From Octopus bimaculoides (Eukaryota), in the NCBI RefSeq assembly GCF_001194135.2, contig NC_068999.1:24166982-24230981 (forward strand): a stretch of 64,000 bases of DNA. The letters run 5' to 3'. The notes below the pieces were generated by a model. The model was not told where the DNA came from. It saw only the letters and a list, made by a program, of their open reading frames with translations, and ran no database searches. Below, in pieces: positions 52,441 through 64,000 of the stretch (the stretch's first letter is position 1; every line of letters starts with the position of its first letter). A program made the position numbers and the translations under genes.

Positions 52441-53575
52441 TGCTATGGACAATATTACCGAAGATATGCAACAGATATAACATTTGTATTCAGTTTTATT
52501 CCTGAGGGTTCTTTTGGGAGATAAAAGCTAGTTACAAGATTAAAACTTGTGGGTACATGACATGCTCTTGGCAATGATCTTTGCCTGACTTTATTTATGA
52601 TAACTGTGATATCTTGTAAACAAAAAGGTGATTAATGAATGACTCTCTGCTAATGAGATTATGAAGTGTTTTTTTAATTATGACCAATTTTGTTGCCTGA
52701 TTAGTTTGAAGAATATAAGCTAATGTAGTCAAAACAGTCATTGAAATAGTAAATCTTCCCAATTAACTCTCTTTGGATGATGCATTGCATAATTGGCTGA
52801 TAATTAAACAAATTGAAGTTTTGAATTTCACATGAATTCAATTGTTTTAATTTAAAATAAGATACATCATATCTGGACATGGCTAATGTTTGTTGAAACT
52901 GTTTTTTTTGTTTTTGTTTTGCAACTAATGTTTAAATTAACATAGTGATTTAGACTAACATTTTTTTCTTGTTTCTGATGAATATATTACCTGAAAACAA
53001 ATTCTTTTAGATTTTGAAATTGGAGAAATATCTAAAGTCTATAATGTTCCATCAAAATTACAATTAAGACTTATCTACATAGCAGAGAAGACATGTTATA
53101 CACACTTGATACTTTGTGTATAATAAGGATTCATTTGTTGAATGATCGCTTGTTTTGTGACTGCAAAACTTAGAAAATATAAGGCTTCATTTTGTGAGAG
53201 TAAAAATCTATAATGAGAATTGTTAAATACATTTACAGTTATACTTCAGCAGGAAATGAAAAAAGGTATCTCCTTTAAGGTGTATTAAAAGTAATATTCT
53301 TTAATAGCTAATCTTTACAGAGTTGAAAATCTAGCACTAAATGTAGTATACATATAAAAAAAAAATCTAACTCTGATAATCATGATAAAAAAATAAAGAA
53401 AGAAAAAATCCCTCTTGAGTTGGGAAATCTAATTCTGGAGGCTTTTTGAAGCAGATGATATAATTTATTAAAGGTTTAATGTTGTTATACATGATGTATT
53501 CCTCATCTAAACATTAAACTGAATCAATTTCAAATAATTTTGTGTATTTAATTTTGATTGTATATTTTGAGCATT

Positions 53576-53613
<38 letters not shown>

Positions 53614-56540
53614 CAATACATAGATACAGTACAGCCTTGTCATAGCTACATTAAGCTGATATAAGAACAGGTTTGTAACAAAACATGCTTCTACATTAGG
53701 ATGTGGTTGTTTGTTTTTAATTTTTTACTTTGATTTTGAATAACTGTAGATTAGTTCCTACTCATATTTCCACTTTTTTTAGAAATATATGAGAAGGGAC
53801 AATGTTTCAAAGAGATGTAGTTATAGTGTAAAAGGTTTGTATATTGTTTAGTACAGAGTATTCAAGGTGTTGTATGTTGTGTTTGCTGAGATGTAAAGTA
53901 ATTAGTAAAACAAAAGGATTTCGAGTAGAGAAGCAAAGCATGAGTGAGAGAAGATTTCTCGATCAGATAAATGAATAACTTGAGAACAAAACACTCAGGA
54001 ACACCTGATGCATGAAATATTAATTGTAAAGTGGGCACTAATGTACACATACTTGATGTAATGAGACAAGAAGTTTTATTAAATAAAATGAAACTAATGG
54101 GTGGTCAGAAAAAAACAATCCTCATTAATTCTGATTCAGAAGTGCAGGGTAGATGATCCCAAAAGTTATGTTAATTAAAGTTAATTAAATACACTATGCT
54201 TTGCTGATAAGATTTAATAAAACGGAAACATGTTCAGAATTGTCACTACTGCAAAAGATCAGTTTCACTTTACATTGTATTCTGTATTTAATTAATTGTA
54301 ATTAATTTAAATTCTAGTTTCCCTTGCTTTTATTGACAAGAATTCATTGTTCACTGTTTTTCTTAGTACTAATGATGTACTATTAATTAAAATTTCTTTG
54401 TTTACACAAACACACACACACATAACTATGTGGTAAAATACTTGCTTCCCAAACTTCTTACTGAACCTAGAACACATATTATATATATATATATGTATAT
54501 ATATACATATGTGCACATACACACTGGTGCCAGTGCCACATAAAATGCACATAAATGCACCCATAATGGTGGCATGTAAAAAGCATCCAGCACATTCTTT
54601 AAAGTGGTTGACTTTAAGAAGGGTATCCAGCTATAAAAACCATGCCACAACAGACAATTAGAGTCTGGCCGGCTCCTGTCAAACCATTCAACCCATGCCA
54701 TCATGGAAAACAGATGTTAAATGATGATGGGGATGATGTTGATTAATTTCCACTTTACTATTAATCAGATAAATGGCTTATTTTTCAAAACAAAGTTAAA
54801 AATACGAGCATATAAACTTCAGATATTGAATTTGTGGAATATATTATGGTTATTTTCAGTGTAATCTTTAATTCCTGTTAAGAAATTTTTGTAATAATAT
54901 AAGAATTGTAACCAGATTAAAGCTGGAAATGTTTGGCAAGTGGGAATTAATTTTTCTGAACAGGAATGACTGTTTACACAAGATAAAATGATTTTATGGA
55001 ACAGCTTGTACTCTGTTAATGAAACACCTGATCAATGCTGAAGAATATAAAATAACAGCTCTGTTGTGTAGCCAAAGGCTATCCAACAGAGATATTATTT
55101 TATCCTGAAAACTTTGAAGATGTTGAGTTTCTAGCAGTCATCATTAAAAGGAATTATTCTCAGCATGTATAAGTTTTGTGATTTTGTTACCATTTAATAA
55201 TTTCTTTATTGAGTAATATAGATTACATGCTATTCTGATAGTCAAAGATATGATGTTTGTTGTTTGAGCAGATCTAGGCACAAAGGTAGATGATTAGAAA
55301 AAGTATTTAGTCAGCAACAGCAGTTTTAATAATGGCTATCATGACTTTATGGCTTGGCATGCCTTAAGATTTTTAACATAATAAAGTGATCTGTTTTAGA
55401 AATATTTAGCTGTTGTAATGAGCAGTTCAGATAATTGTGTAGAAGCTTTAATTAGACAGGAATTCTAGTTCTGAATTACAACCTGATAGTAGTCTCTTAA
55501 TGTGGAAGAAAGGAGTAAATGGAATCATACATCAATTCTGGTTATAATGATAAAAGGATGTTCTACACTATTATTATGAAGAATTATCTGTCTATGAGAT
55601 AAGAATTTATCTCAAGTTAGTTCAGACAGAAATAGATCATCATGCATAGATAAATGGTATTGTAAGTCAAGTGTAGAGAGTAAACAAATAATGGCTTAAA
55701 ATTAAATGATTCAGCTTCTTCTACATAAGTCCTTATATAAGTTAGAGAAATAGGTGTATAAGAGGTATACTACCTAAAGAAAATAGACTAAGAAGTAATT
55801 AGAAATATTAACATAAAATTCCTGGTTATAAATAGTTGTGATAGTTGTGTGTGTTTGTGTGTGCACGTATGTATGTACGTACAAAATCTATGAAATATTT
55901 TCTTTCTAATTTCATTCTCTATGAAGTTAATCGCCCAGTAGAAATATTAAGAGCTGATCATCCTACTCTGCTGTTGTTTAATTATTAATATGGCCAATCA
56001 TGTGATTGTCATCTTACCATATTCTAGCAGCCTGCAATTTAACATTCCATTGAATTTATAATCAGTTATCATCAGGAATATAATAAAAATCAAGATGAAT
56101 TATATTATATATAAATGTTATATATGTGGAGACAGACTTCTTATAATGATTTGAAATTTGCAAATAAATGACATTATGATTGTTGTAAACAACAAAGAAT
56201 TTTAAGCAAAAGAATAATCGATATTCAAATATTATTTTGGTGATAAAAACACCCTCTGATAATTTTAATCTAATTTTTTTTTTAATCATAAAAACATTAG
56301 GCTATTTAATTAAAATTAAATCAAAGATATTTTGTTTATATGAAATTATTTAAGGTATAATCTAGTTGTTCTTCTGTTTATAAAGGTAATGCAACACTAT
56401 AAAAACACCTAACTTCTGTTCAATTTGTTATGATTATACATACATACATACATACATACATACATACATACATACATACATACATACATACATGTCAGTC
56501 CAGTGGCACTGGCAATGACCTCGCTCGAATGTTTTACTTC

Positions 56541-56571
<31 letters not shown>

Positions 56572-57379
56572 TTTCATATAATAAGTTATCTGAACCATAA
56601 AATATCAGGTTGCATTCCAAAACTGGACCATAATTGTATTCTACATGTTGTCAAATATTGATTGAATAGAACCAACAGGCAAGTGGCATAAATATTAATG
56701 TGCTTTAAAAGGTTCTAGATTTTCATTGTATTTTCTATATTGAAATCTCTTGAAAGATTCTTTAAGACAATGATATTCATCTTCATATTATTCAGTTTCA
56801 TTGTTATTCATATTCAGTTTTAATTTACCTCGTTCTCTTGATGGCAAATTAAATTTCCTTCCTATCAATTTTAGCTTTATTGTATAAAATAAACCATCTC
56901 AAAGAAGATTTGCTAGCTTTTAAAGTTGAATACGTACAGTGTTCTGGTTAAGAAGTTAAGATTTGATAACCATGTGGTTTCCAGGTTCAATCCCAGTATG
57001 TGATATCTTGGACAGTATGTGATATCAGACTGTCTCTGCTGTAGTCTGGAGTTGACCAATACATGGTGAATCAAACTTGGTAGATAAAAACTGCAGAAGG
57101 TCACAGTATACATCCATCTTACCCATTACCCATATTTTATATTTTGAAATCTTATGAAAGATTCTGAAAAAGACAAAGTCGTTGGTGTTAGGAAGGACAT
57201 CTGGCCATAAAAATCATGCCAAAACAGTGGGCTTTGGCACAGTCCTCTTGCTTACCAGCCCCTGTCAAACTGCCCAATCTATGCCAGCACGGAAGACAAA
57301 CGTTAAACGATGAGGATGATGAATTTGAGATTGATATTTACTTTAAAATCTAATTAGTTATTAATGAATGACTATGGTC

Positions 57380-57521
57380 AAGTAGTTGTATGCTGTCAAC
57401 TTAATGTGACAGTTCCCTGAAGGGAATAATACTATTGTTGGTTAGACCTAGGTCTAACCAACAGCTTCCTATTATTCCCTTCAGGGAACTGTCACATTAA
57501 GTTGACAGCATACAACTACTT
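57380..57521. repeat. 142-bp palindrome inside a 15-bp direct repeat
   Basis: Centred on gttggttagacc|taggtctaaccaac. Outer arms of about 51 bp are perfect. tgactatggtcaagt is repeated at 57369-57383 and 57576-57590. Confidence 0.9.
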
Positions 57522-57622
57522 CATCATATCACTACTGCATAAATCTCACTGAGAGATTTAGAAATGTATTATTTCTGACTATGGTCAAGTTTTGCAACCT
57601 GATACACACTCATACACGCATG

Positions 57623-57698
<76 letters not shown>

Positions 57699-57729
57699 CT
57701 CTTTCCCCTCCCTCTGTTCTGGTCTGTAA

Positions 57730-58400
57730 CTTTCAGTAGGTTGTCTCATAGACACCCTCAGGTTTCTTCTGTGTTGTAGATTTTTACCTTTTCTTCAGTT
57801 CTACCATAAAAGTCTGTCCAACCTTCTTTGATTCTAAAACCAGCTGAAGTTTCATTTCAGTGTCCATGTCTTCAAACTGCCTTTTATCTCAGAGTCAACC
57901 TAGCTCTTATGCTAAAGTCACTTATTACTAATCTATAGAGACAGCTACACTCTCCACCTGCAAAAGATTTGTTTGCCTGACTGATAGGTAATCAAGCAGC
58001 TGACAGAATAGGCAAACAGATAGATGTAACAGGATTCCAGGAACCTATATACTCTTTATTTCTCACACCAGACCTATAATCCCCATGTATTTCTGAGAAG
58101 CCATTTTGTTCCCCTACATGTCCATTAAACTTGCCAAGCTGTTCTAATGAGGTTGCCATCGTTTTTTGTTGAAGTAGTCTTTAGAACTCCTCATAGAAGT
58201 GGTCCTCCTGTTTAACCATTACATTAGTTTGTGGTGTTTATGTGATAATAATTGTAGTTTTGTCTGTAACTAGCTTAAACCTTTCATGTGCACTGACTAC
58301 CTTGATTACTGTATCCAGTTTTCTACTAATACTATGCTAATTCCATTCAATGTATCATGATTTGCCATTCAGAAGAATCTCTATCTTTGTTTCTTACATG
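57730..58400 (-). mobile_element. RTE LINE endonuclease fragment
   Basis: Minus-strand LGKFNGHVGEQNGFSEIHGDYRSGVRNKE matches RTE GDFNGHVG...HGGYG.G.RN.EG. Confidence 0.65.
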
Positions 58401-58411
58401 TGAAATATCTA

Positions 58412-58560
58412 AGTCAGCTGGTATGGTCATGTGGCGAAAATGGATGAGGATAGCTGTGTGAAAAAGTGCCATACCCTAGCGGTTGAGGGAACCTGTGGAA
58501 GAGGTAGACCCAGGAAGACCTGGGATGAGGTGGTGAAGCACGACCTAACGATGATGATGA
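58412..58560 (+). mobile_element. RTE LINE ORF2 C-terminal fragment
   Basis: WYGHVAKMDEDSCVKKCHTLAVEGTCGRGRPRKTWDEVVKHDL followed by gat repeats. Confidence 0.85.
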
Positions 58561-58564
58561 TATA

Positions 58565-59310
58565 TATATACACATCATCATGATCATGGTTTAACGTCCG
58601 CTTTCCATGCTAGCATGGGTTGGACGATTTGACCGAGGACTGGCGAACCAGATGGCTGCACCAGGCTCCAATCTGATCTGGCAGAGTTTCTACAGCTGGA
58701 TGCCCTTCCTAATGCCAACCACTCCGAGAATGTAGTGGGTGCTTTTACGTGCCACTGGCATTGCATCGGGCAATAGGATATGCTTGGGAAGACCTGTTGA
58801 GTCAAGTAAAACCAATATTGTACCTGGGGCCATTGCCCCTGACTGGCTCCCTTGCCGATGGCATGTAAAAAGTACCATCTGAACATGGTTGATGCCTGGT
58901 CCACCTGACTGGCTCCCGTGCTGGTGGCACATAGAAAGCACCAACCGAATGTGGCCAATGCCAGTACCCCAGATGGGCTCCTGTGCCAGTGGCATGTAAA
59001 AAGCATCATCCAAACATGGTCGTTGCCAGATCCACCAGACTGGCTCCCATGCTGGTGGCACATAGAAAGCACCAACCAGTCATGATTGCTGCCAGGCCTG
59101 CATAACTGGCTCCTGTGCCAGTGGCACATAAAAAGCACCCACTACACTCTCAGAATGGTTGGCATTAGGAAGGGCATCCAGCTGTAGAAACATTACCAGA
59201 TCAGATTGGTGCCTGGTGCAGCTGCTGGCTCTCCAGACCTCAGTCAAACCATCCAACCCATGCCAGCATGGAAAATGAGCATTAAACAATGATGTTGATG
59301 ATGATGATGA
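58565..59310. mobile_element. Divergent pair of RTE-tail (GAT)n elements enclosing ~60-bp tandem units
   Basis: 58565-58760 is the reverse complement of ~59115-59310. The interior has about five copies of gactggctcc(c/t)gtgc(c/t)ggtggcac(g/a)taaaaagcacc..., which also matches the RTE 3' UTR at 63675-63710. Confidence 0.8.
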
Positions 59311-59340
59311 TACACACACACACACTTATAGATAATGGCA

Positions 59341-59756
59341 AAAAGAAAAAGTTTTCTTTGCCAATATGTTGAAAATAGACGCTAAATCATCTAACCGCAT
59401 AAAATATTTTCACATATATTATTATACTACATGTCAAAACAAGGAAAGCAAGCTAACAGAAATTCATAAAAATATATGACTTTGTATTCATGACTTTGCA
59501 TCTGCTTCTCCATGGGTATGTCTAAGCATTTCATTTATTTTCATTTTGTGTTCCTCACTGGTAAAGGAGAATCCTTTTTGGATTAATCCTGAAATCATAA
59601 CTGATTTGGGGATAACTATATTTTTATGAATTTCTGTTAGCTTGCTTTCCTCATTTCGACACGTGGTGCAATAATATAAGTGTAAATATTTTATGTGGTT
59701 AGACGATTTAGCGTCTATTTTTCAGCATATTGGCAAAGAAATTTTTTTCATCTTTC
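59341..59756. mobile_element. MITE with ~135-bp TIRs, related to the 4923 element
   Basis: tttctttgccaatatg...gctaacagaaattcataaaa mirrored by ttttatgaatttctgttagc...catattggcaaagaaa. Shares gaggaaagcaa(g)c.aacagaa with the 4923 arms. Confidence 0.8.
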
Positions 59757-59929
59757 TATATACATATACATACATGTATGTGTGTGTATATATGTATATG
59801 TTTGTATATATGTGTGTGTCTAGGGTGTGTTTTGCTGGTGTAAACTGACAAAGTTTGTAAACATTGAAGGGAAATATAAAAAAAGTAATTTGATAATGTT
59901 CCACTCCTTTGTAATATTTGTTCCACAAT

Positions 59930-60150
59930 GAAAGTGGTGAGCTGGCAGAATCATTAGCACACTGGGCAAAATACTTAGTAACATTTTGTCTGTCTGTATG
60001 TTCTGAGTTCAAATCTTGCCGGGGTTGACTTTTGCCTTTCATCCTTTTGGAGTCGATAAAATAAGTACCAGGTAAGCACTAGGGTTGATGTAATTGACTT
60101 ACTAATCCCCTGAAATTGCTGGCCTTGTGTCATAATTTGAAAGTTGAAAT
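59930..60150 (+). mobile_element. SINE family B
   Basis: aagtggtgagctggcagaatcattagcac...ggccttgtgtcataatttgaaa. Confidence 0.8.
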
Positions 60151-63100
60151 CAATATTTGTTCTACACTGAATTGCAGATACTCCCTTTGCACTCTCTATC
60201 AGAAATACTAGTGATTTGGCCACTGAGAATGTGTAGCCAAAAATCCTATTGTTCACCCATTGTGATGTATAAACTAATTTTTAAAAAATAACAGTTTTGA
60301 ATTGTGAAGGTATATATATATGAATACTTGGAAATTATGTTATAGACATCAATTATATAATTAATATACAATTGTGTTTCATAGAATAGAATTAATGGAT
60401 ATTTTTATGCTGTTGAGTATGCCACAGTTTTTTCAGGGTTTCAACTCAGATTCCAAGTATTTCCTAGCACTTTTAGTCATTAGTAATGTGAAAAATATTA
60501 TCAGAATAGTTCATCTATGAAAATGTTTTGCACTCAATTTATGCGTTAAGTGTTTAATTATTTTAGTTAATTAGCTAGAAACATAACTCTAAAAGATAAA
60601 AGCAATTCCATCTCAAAGACTTGCATAATTTATTCTAATTCAAGTTTAATACTTTTATATAATTTTCAGTGTAAATTAGCGTTTTCATGAATGTTATGTA
60701 AGATTTCATAAAAATTTACAAAGCAATAGAAATTAATTAAAATGAATAAAAAACAGCAGAAATAGAAAGTTAACTTGAAATATGAAAAATGTTGCAATAA
60801 ACATAACATTTAGAAGAAAAGGTCAGATTGGATAGTTAATCATCTCTCAATTCCGATGTTAAGTGAAAACTGCTAGAAACCACCTGCATTTGTTTTGTTC
60901 TTGTGTTCTTGTTTTCTGGGTTTCAACTGTCATTAGTGTTAAAACACCACTGATCAATTTTCTGTAATTCTTAAAGAAATGTTGACTATAAAATTGTTTC
61001 CTTGTCAAAGGCTATCACTGTTGCTAGTCGAGTTGCATGTCAGGTCATTTGATTTCATACCCAGTAGAGCTATTTAATAAATTGCATTTTCCTCTTTGAA
61101 ATATCTCCCACCTCCCAAATCAAACTAAACTTGTATGTCTGATTAGCAATGACTCTCAACCTGGCATATACTATGCAATCGAAAAATATTAGAGAAATTC
61201 TCTTCCCCCACCCTGCTACTGCCATCTTTATTTTTGAAAATACAAAATAGAATTTGCATCTGTATACTTCTTCTTTACCATAGTGTTGGACAACATTAAA
61301 ATGTTTTAAACCATTTTAGTCTTCTTAAACATGGTAGTTTGTTATCTTCCATTTAAATCCTCATGCCTTCACCACTACCAAGGTACCCACCCACCTCATG
61401 AGAAGCACCGAGCTTTTTCATTTCTCCTAAAAAATTACTTATGAGTTTTATAATTAGTCTTTTCGTTTTTGTTTACGTCTTAAAGTTTGGAGATCTGATA
61501 TATCATTCTATTTTAGATTAATGTGATTTTACTTTTAATTTGATTTTTTATTTCAAATTTGTCTTCATAGTTTTTATATAAAATTTTCAATTATAAGTCT
61601 TTTGTCAGGTAAAGTATATCTATTGATTTCTTTGTAAAGCTACAACTTGTCAAAAAGAGCATTGGGAGTTACAACTTGAGTGTTCTGTAAATACTCAGTC
61701 GTTATTGATGTGTGTGCTATACATAGATTTATTTCCTTTTCATCTCTTTCAATATGAAATAAGAAATTTAGTTTGATTAATTATTGACAGTGCTCAGTGT
61801 ATTCTATTGAATCCTTGGTCTTTCTCTAAGGAAGAGAGTGATTTGATAAGCACTTATATATTCTGAAGTTTGTGAAACTTAGAAGGAAAATAAATGTAGA
61901 ATTTGCAATGTATTAAATATAATGGTTTAAACATTCGATGTTCTCCCAGAACTGTTGAATAAGGAGGAGGAAAAAGCACACAGGGAAATTGGCAGTTTTA
62001 GAAAGAAATATTTTTTAGATTTTGCAATAAAATGCTAAGTAAATGAAAGTAGCATTCTGTCCACCAAGAATACATCTATACTTCTTGTCAAATCTACAAA
62101 TCTAGAGGCCTTTTTCATCAATAAAGTAAAATAATATTCACCTTCATTTCCATCCTTCTATATTCATGAATGATAAAACCATCTTCAATGCAACACTTTT
62201 ATGATCTTTGCTCTAACATCATTTTCAATGGGAAATTATTTCCTAGCTTTCTATAACATCACCATGACACAAACTTGTAATATATGTAAGAGAATCTCAC
62301 ACAAGATTCAGCTAAATTCCTCAAATTCATTTCAAATGCTAGGCCCTCACAATCTTTGGCATATCTCTTACAATATTCTTACATTTATAATATTGCCAAA
62401 CCTACATCCCAAGGACAAGACTTTCTCTGCAGGGTCAGACAGTTTGTCATCCAAGATCTTTTACTGGTTTTCTACACAGTATCACATAACTGGAGCAGTG
62501 CAGTTGTCATACACATACAAACATTCTAGATCACATCAAAACAAAATGCATGTCAATGATTAGCAAAGTTTCTCTCATTCATTTTCTCTATCCACTTGTC
62601 TTAAGACATGGTATTTTTCCCCCCCCCCCTTTGTCACTTTAACATCTCTTGGTAAATTTGGATAATACTGACATACAACAGATCACAAATGGCTGTTTCA
62701 ATATTTTGTCATATCATTTGTGAGGCCTGGTATCCTGAGATCTGATCCCCCGCCCCATCCATATCTAGTAATCAGTGTACCACATCTGCTTAAGAATATG
62801 CCTTTCCTACTCTCATTTCCCTCTCAACAAACCCTCCCTTTCTGTCGCTTCTATGTTTTCCTCACAGACTTTACTTTGAAGACCAATTACATGCAGGGCA
62901 GGCAAAAATTATAGCCACCTACATCTTCACCTCATTAAACAATTAAAAGAATATTTAGGAGTTAAGTGATTTTTTTTTTTTTTTTTGCATTATCTAATTA
63001 AAAATAATTTCATTCTCTAATTAAAAATGATAATTCTTCTCTTTCTTTCTTGAAAAGTCTTATCTGGTTTGCTGCCTATTTTAGTAAGAATTGTAAACAT

Positions 63101-63674
63101 AAAATGATGTGAGAATTGCAAATATGTTGCCAGTTCCCAGTATGGGATGCTGGCAACATATTTGCAATTTGTGCCCCTTGGCTGAAACTAGTAAAAGCTC
63201 AATGGAGAGCTTGACTGATTCATTTATCATACCTATAACTAACATGTACAAGATTCTTCTGATTTAACTGTAAGGTAGGTTTTCTTCAGAAGCAAGATCA
63301 ATGAGATGGTCATGCCACTTTATCACAATAATCACCTCATGCATCATAAAATTCATTCTCTAATGTAGTTAGAGTTATATAAGAAACTTTACTTTCCATA
63401 CTATATCAGTACCACACGTGATCATCTCAGTTCATATGTTTGGCTGCAGGATAATACTTTATTTTGTATATTGAATTATGCAAGGCTTTAAAATGACTTG
63501 AGCAATATGAATTTGATAGGCATTTTCTTACAGTAGCTTACCTTGTACCTAAAGGCAGATAAAATAGACAGTTTAGATAAAAAGAAAGTTCACAGTATGG
63601 TCCATATGTAGAATACTATTCAGATAAGTATTAGGTTCTGTCCTTTCAAACATTTAATATACTAGCAGAAAGAC

Positions 63675-64000
63675 CACCTGGCACAAGAGCCAGTCCAGGG
63701 GCCCTGGCAACGATCTCACCTGGCTTGCCGGGTCTTCTCACGCACAGCACATTTGCAAAGGTCTCGGTCAGTAGTCATCGCCTCGGTGAGGCCCAATGTT
63801 CGAAGGTCTTGCCTCACCACCTCAGCCCAGGTCTTCCTGGGCCTACCTCTTCCACGGGTTCCCTCAACTGTTAGGGAGTGGCACTTTTTCACGTAGCTAT
63901 CCTCATTCATTCTCACCACATGTCCAAACCAGCGCAATCGTCTCTCTTGCACACCACTACTGATGCTTCTTATGTTCAGCTTTTGTCTCAAGATACTTAC
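63675..64000 (-). mobile_element. RTE LINE ORF2 C-terminus and 3' UTR (extends beyond the window)
   Basis: ORF 63716-63991 RRLRWFGHVVRMNEDSYVKKCHSLTVEGTRGRGRPRKTW is open and looks young. Confidence 0.9.

Noticed and set aside
58880-59130. Regularly spaced ~35-bp repeats with variable spacers resembling a CRISPR array
   Set aside because: The context is eukaryotic, the spacers are themselves related, and the unit matches the RTE 3' UTR. There are no cas genes.
46648-64000. Search for the next GPCR exon (TM3, expected LC.FQ/EA.W...FDW-like)
   Set aside because: No acceptor-flanked frame with such a motif was found. The candidates near 48750 and 60433 lack supporting motifs or splice context.

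Overview
AT-rich, microsatellite-dense eukaryotic DNA with eight N-gaps, mostly sitting in simple repeats. The tRNA-derived SINE families and (GAT)n-tailed RTE elements suggest an octopod cephalopod; this is an inference from repeat content. The window reads as intronic sequence of one + strand host gene. Two short exons missed by the ORF track (7398-7452 and 46591-46647) splice in frame across a ~39.1 kb GT-AG intron to give LFMISVMWLFRRYLALAQ|RLILYLSIGALLDCVAYLM. This resembles TM1-ICL1-TM2 of a cAMP-receptor-like (CrlA/GPR157-type) GPCR. The introns hold decayed mobile elements: a hAT transposase, a full-length mariner (DD34D), a Tc1, a maT (DD37D) with an internal 243-bp foldback, Helitron ends with a PIF1 fragment, Penelope-like, RTE and CR1/L2-like LINE fragments, foldback MITEs and many SINEs. 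The most unusual signal is a minimal type I hammerhead ribozyme fold (18144-18203) with a compensatory U3-A8 core pair, inside a ~340-bp cassette bounded by 16-bp inverted repeats. No intact long CDS, rRNA or CRISPR array is present.
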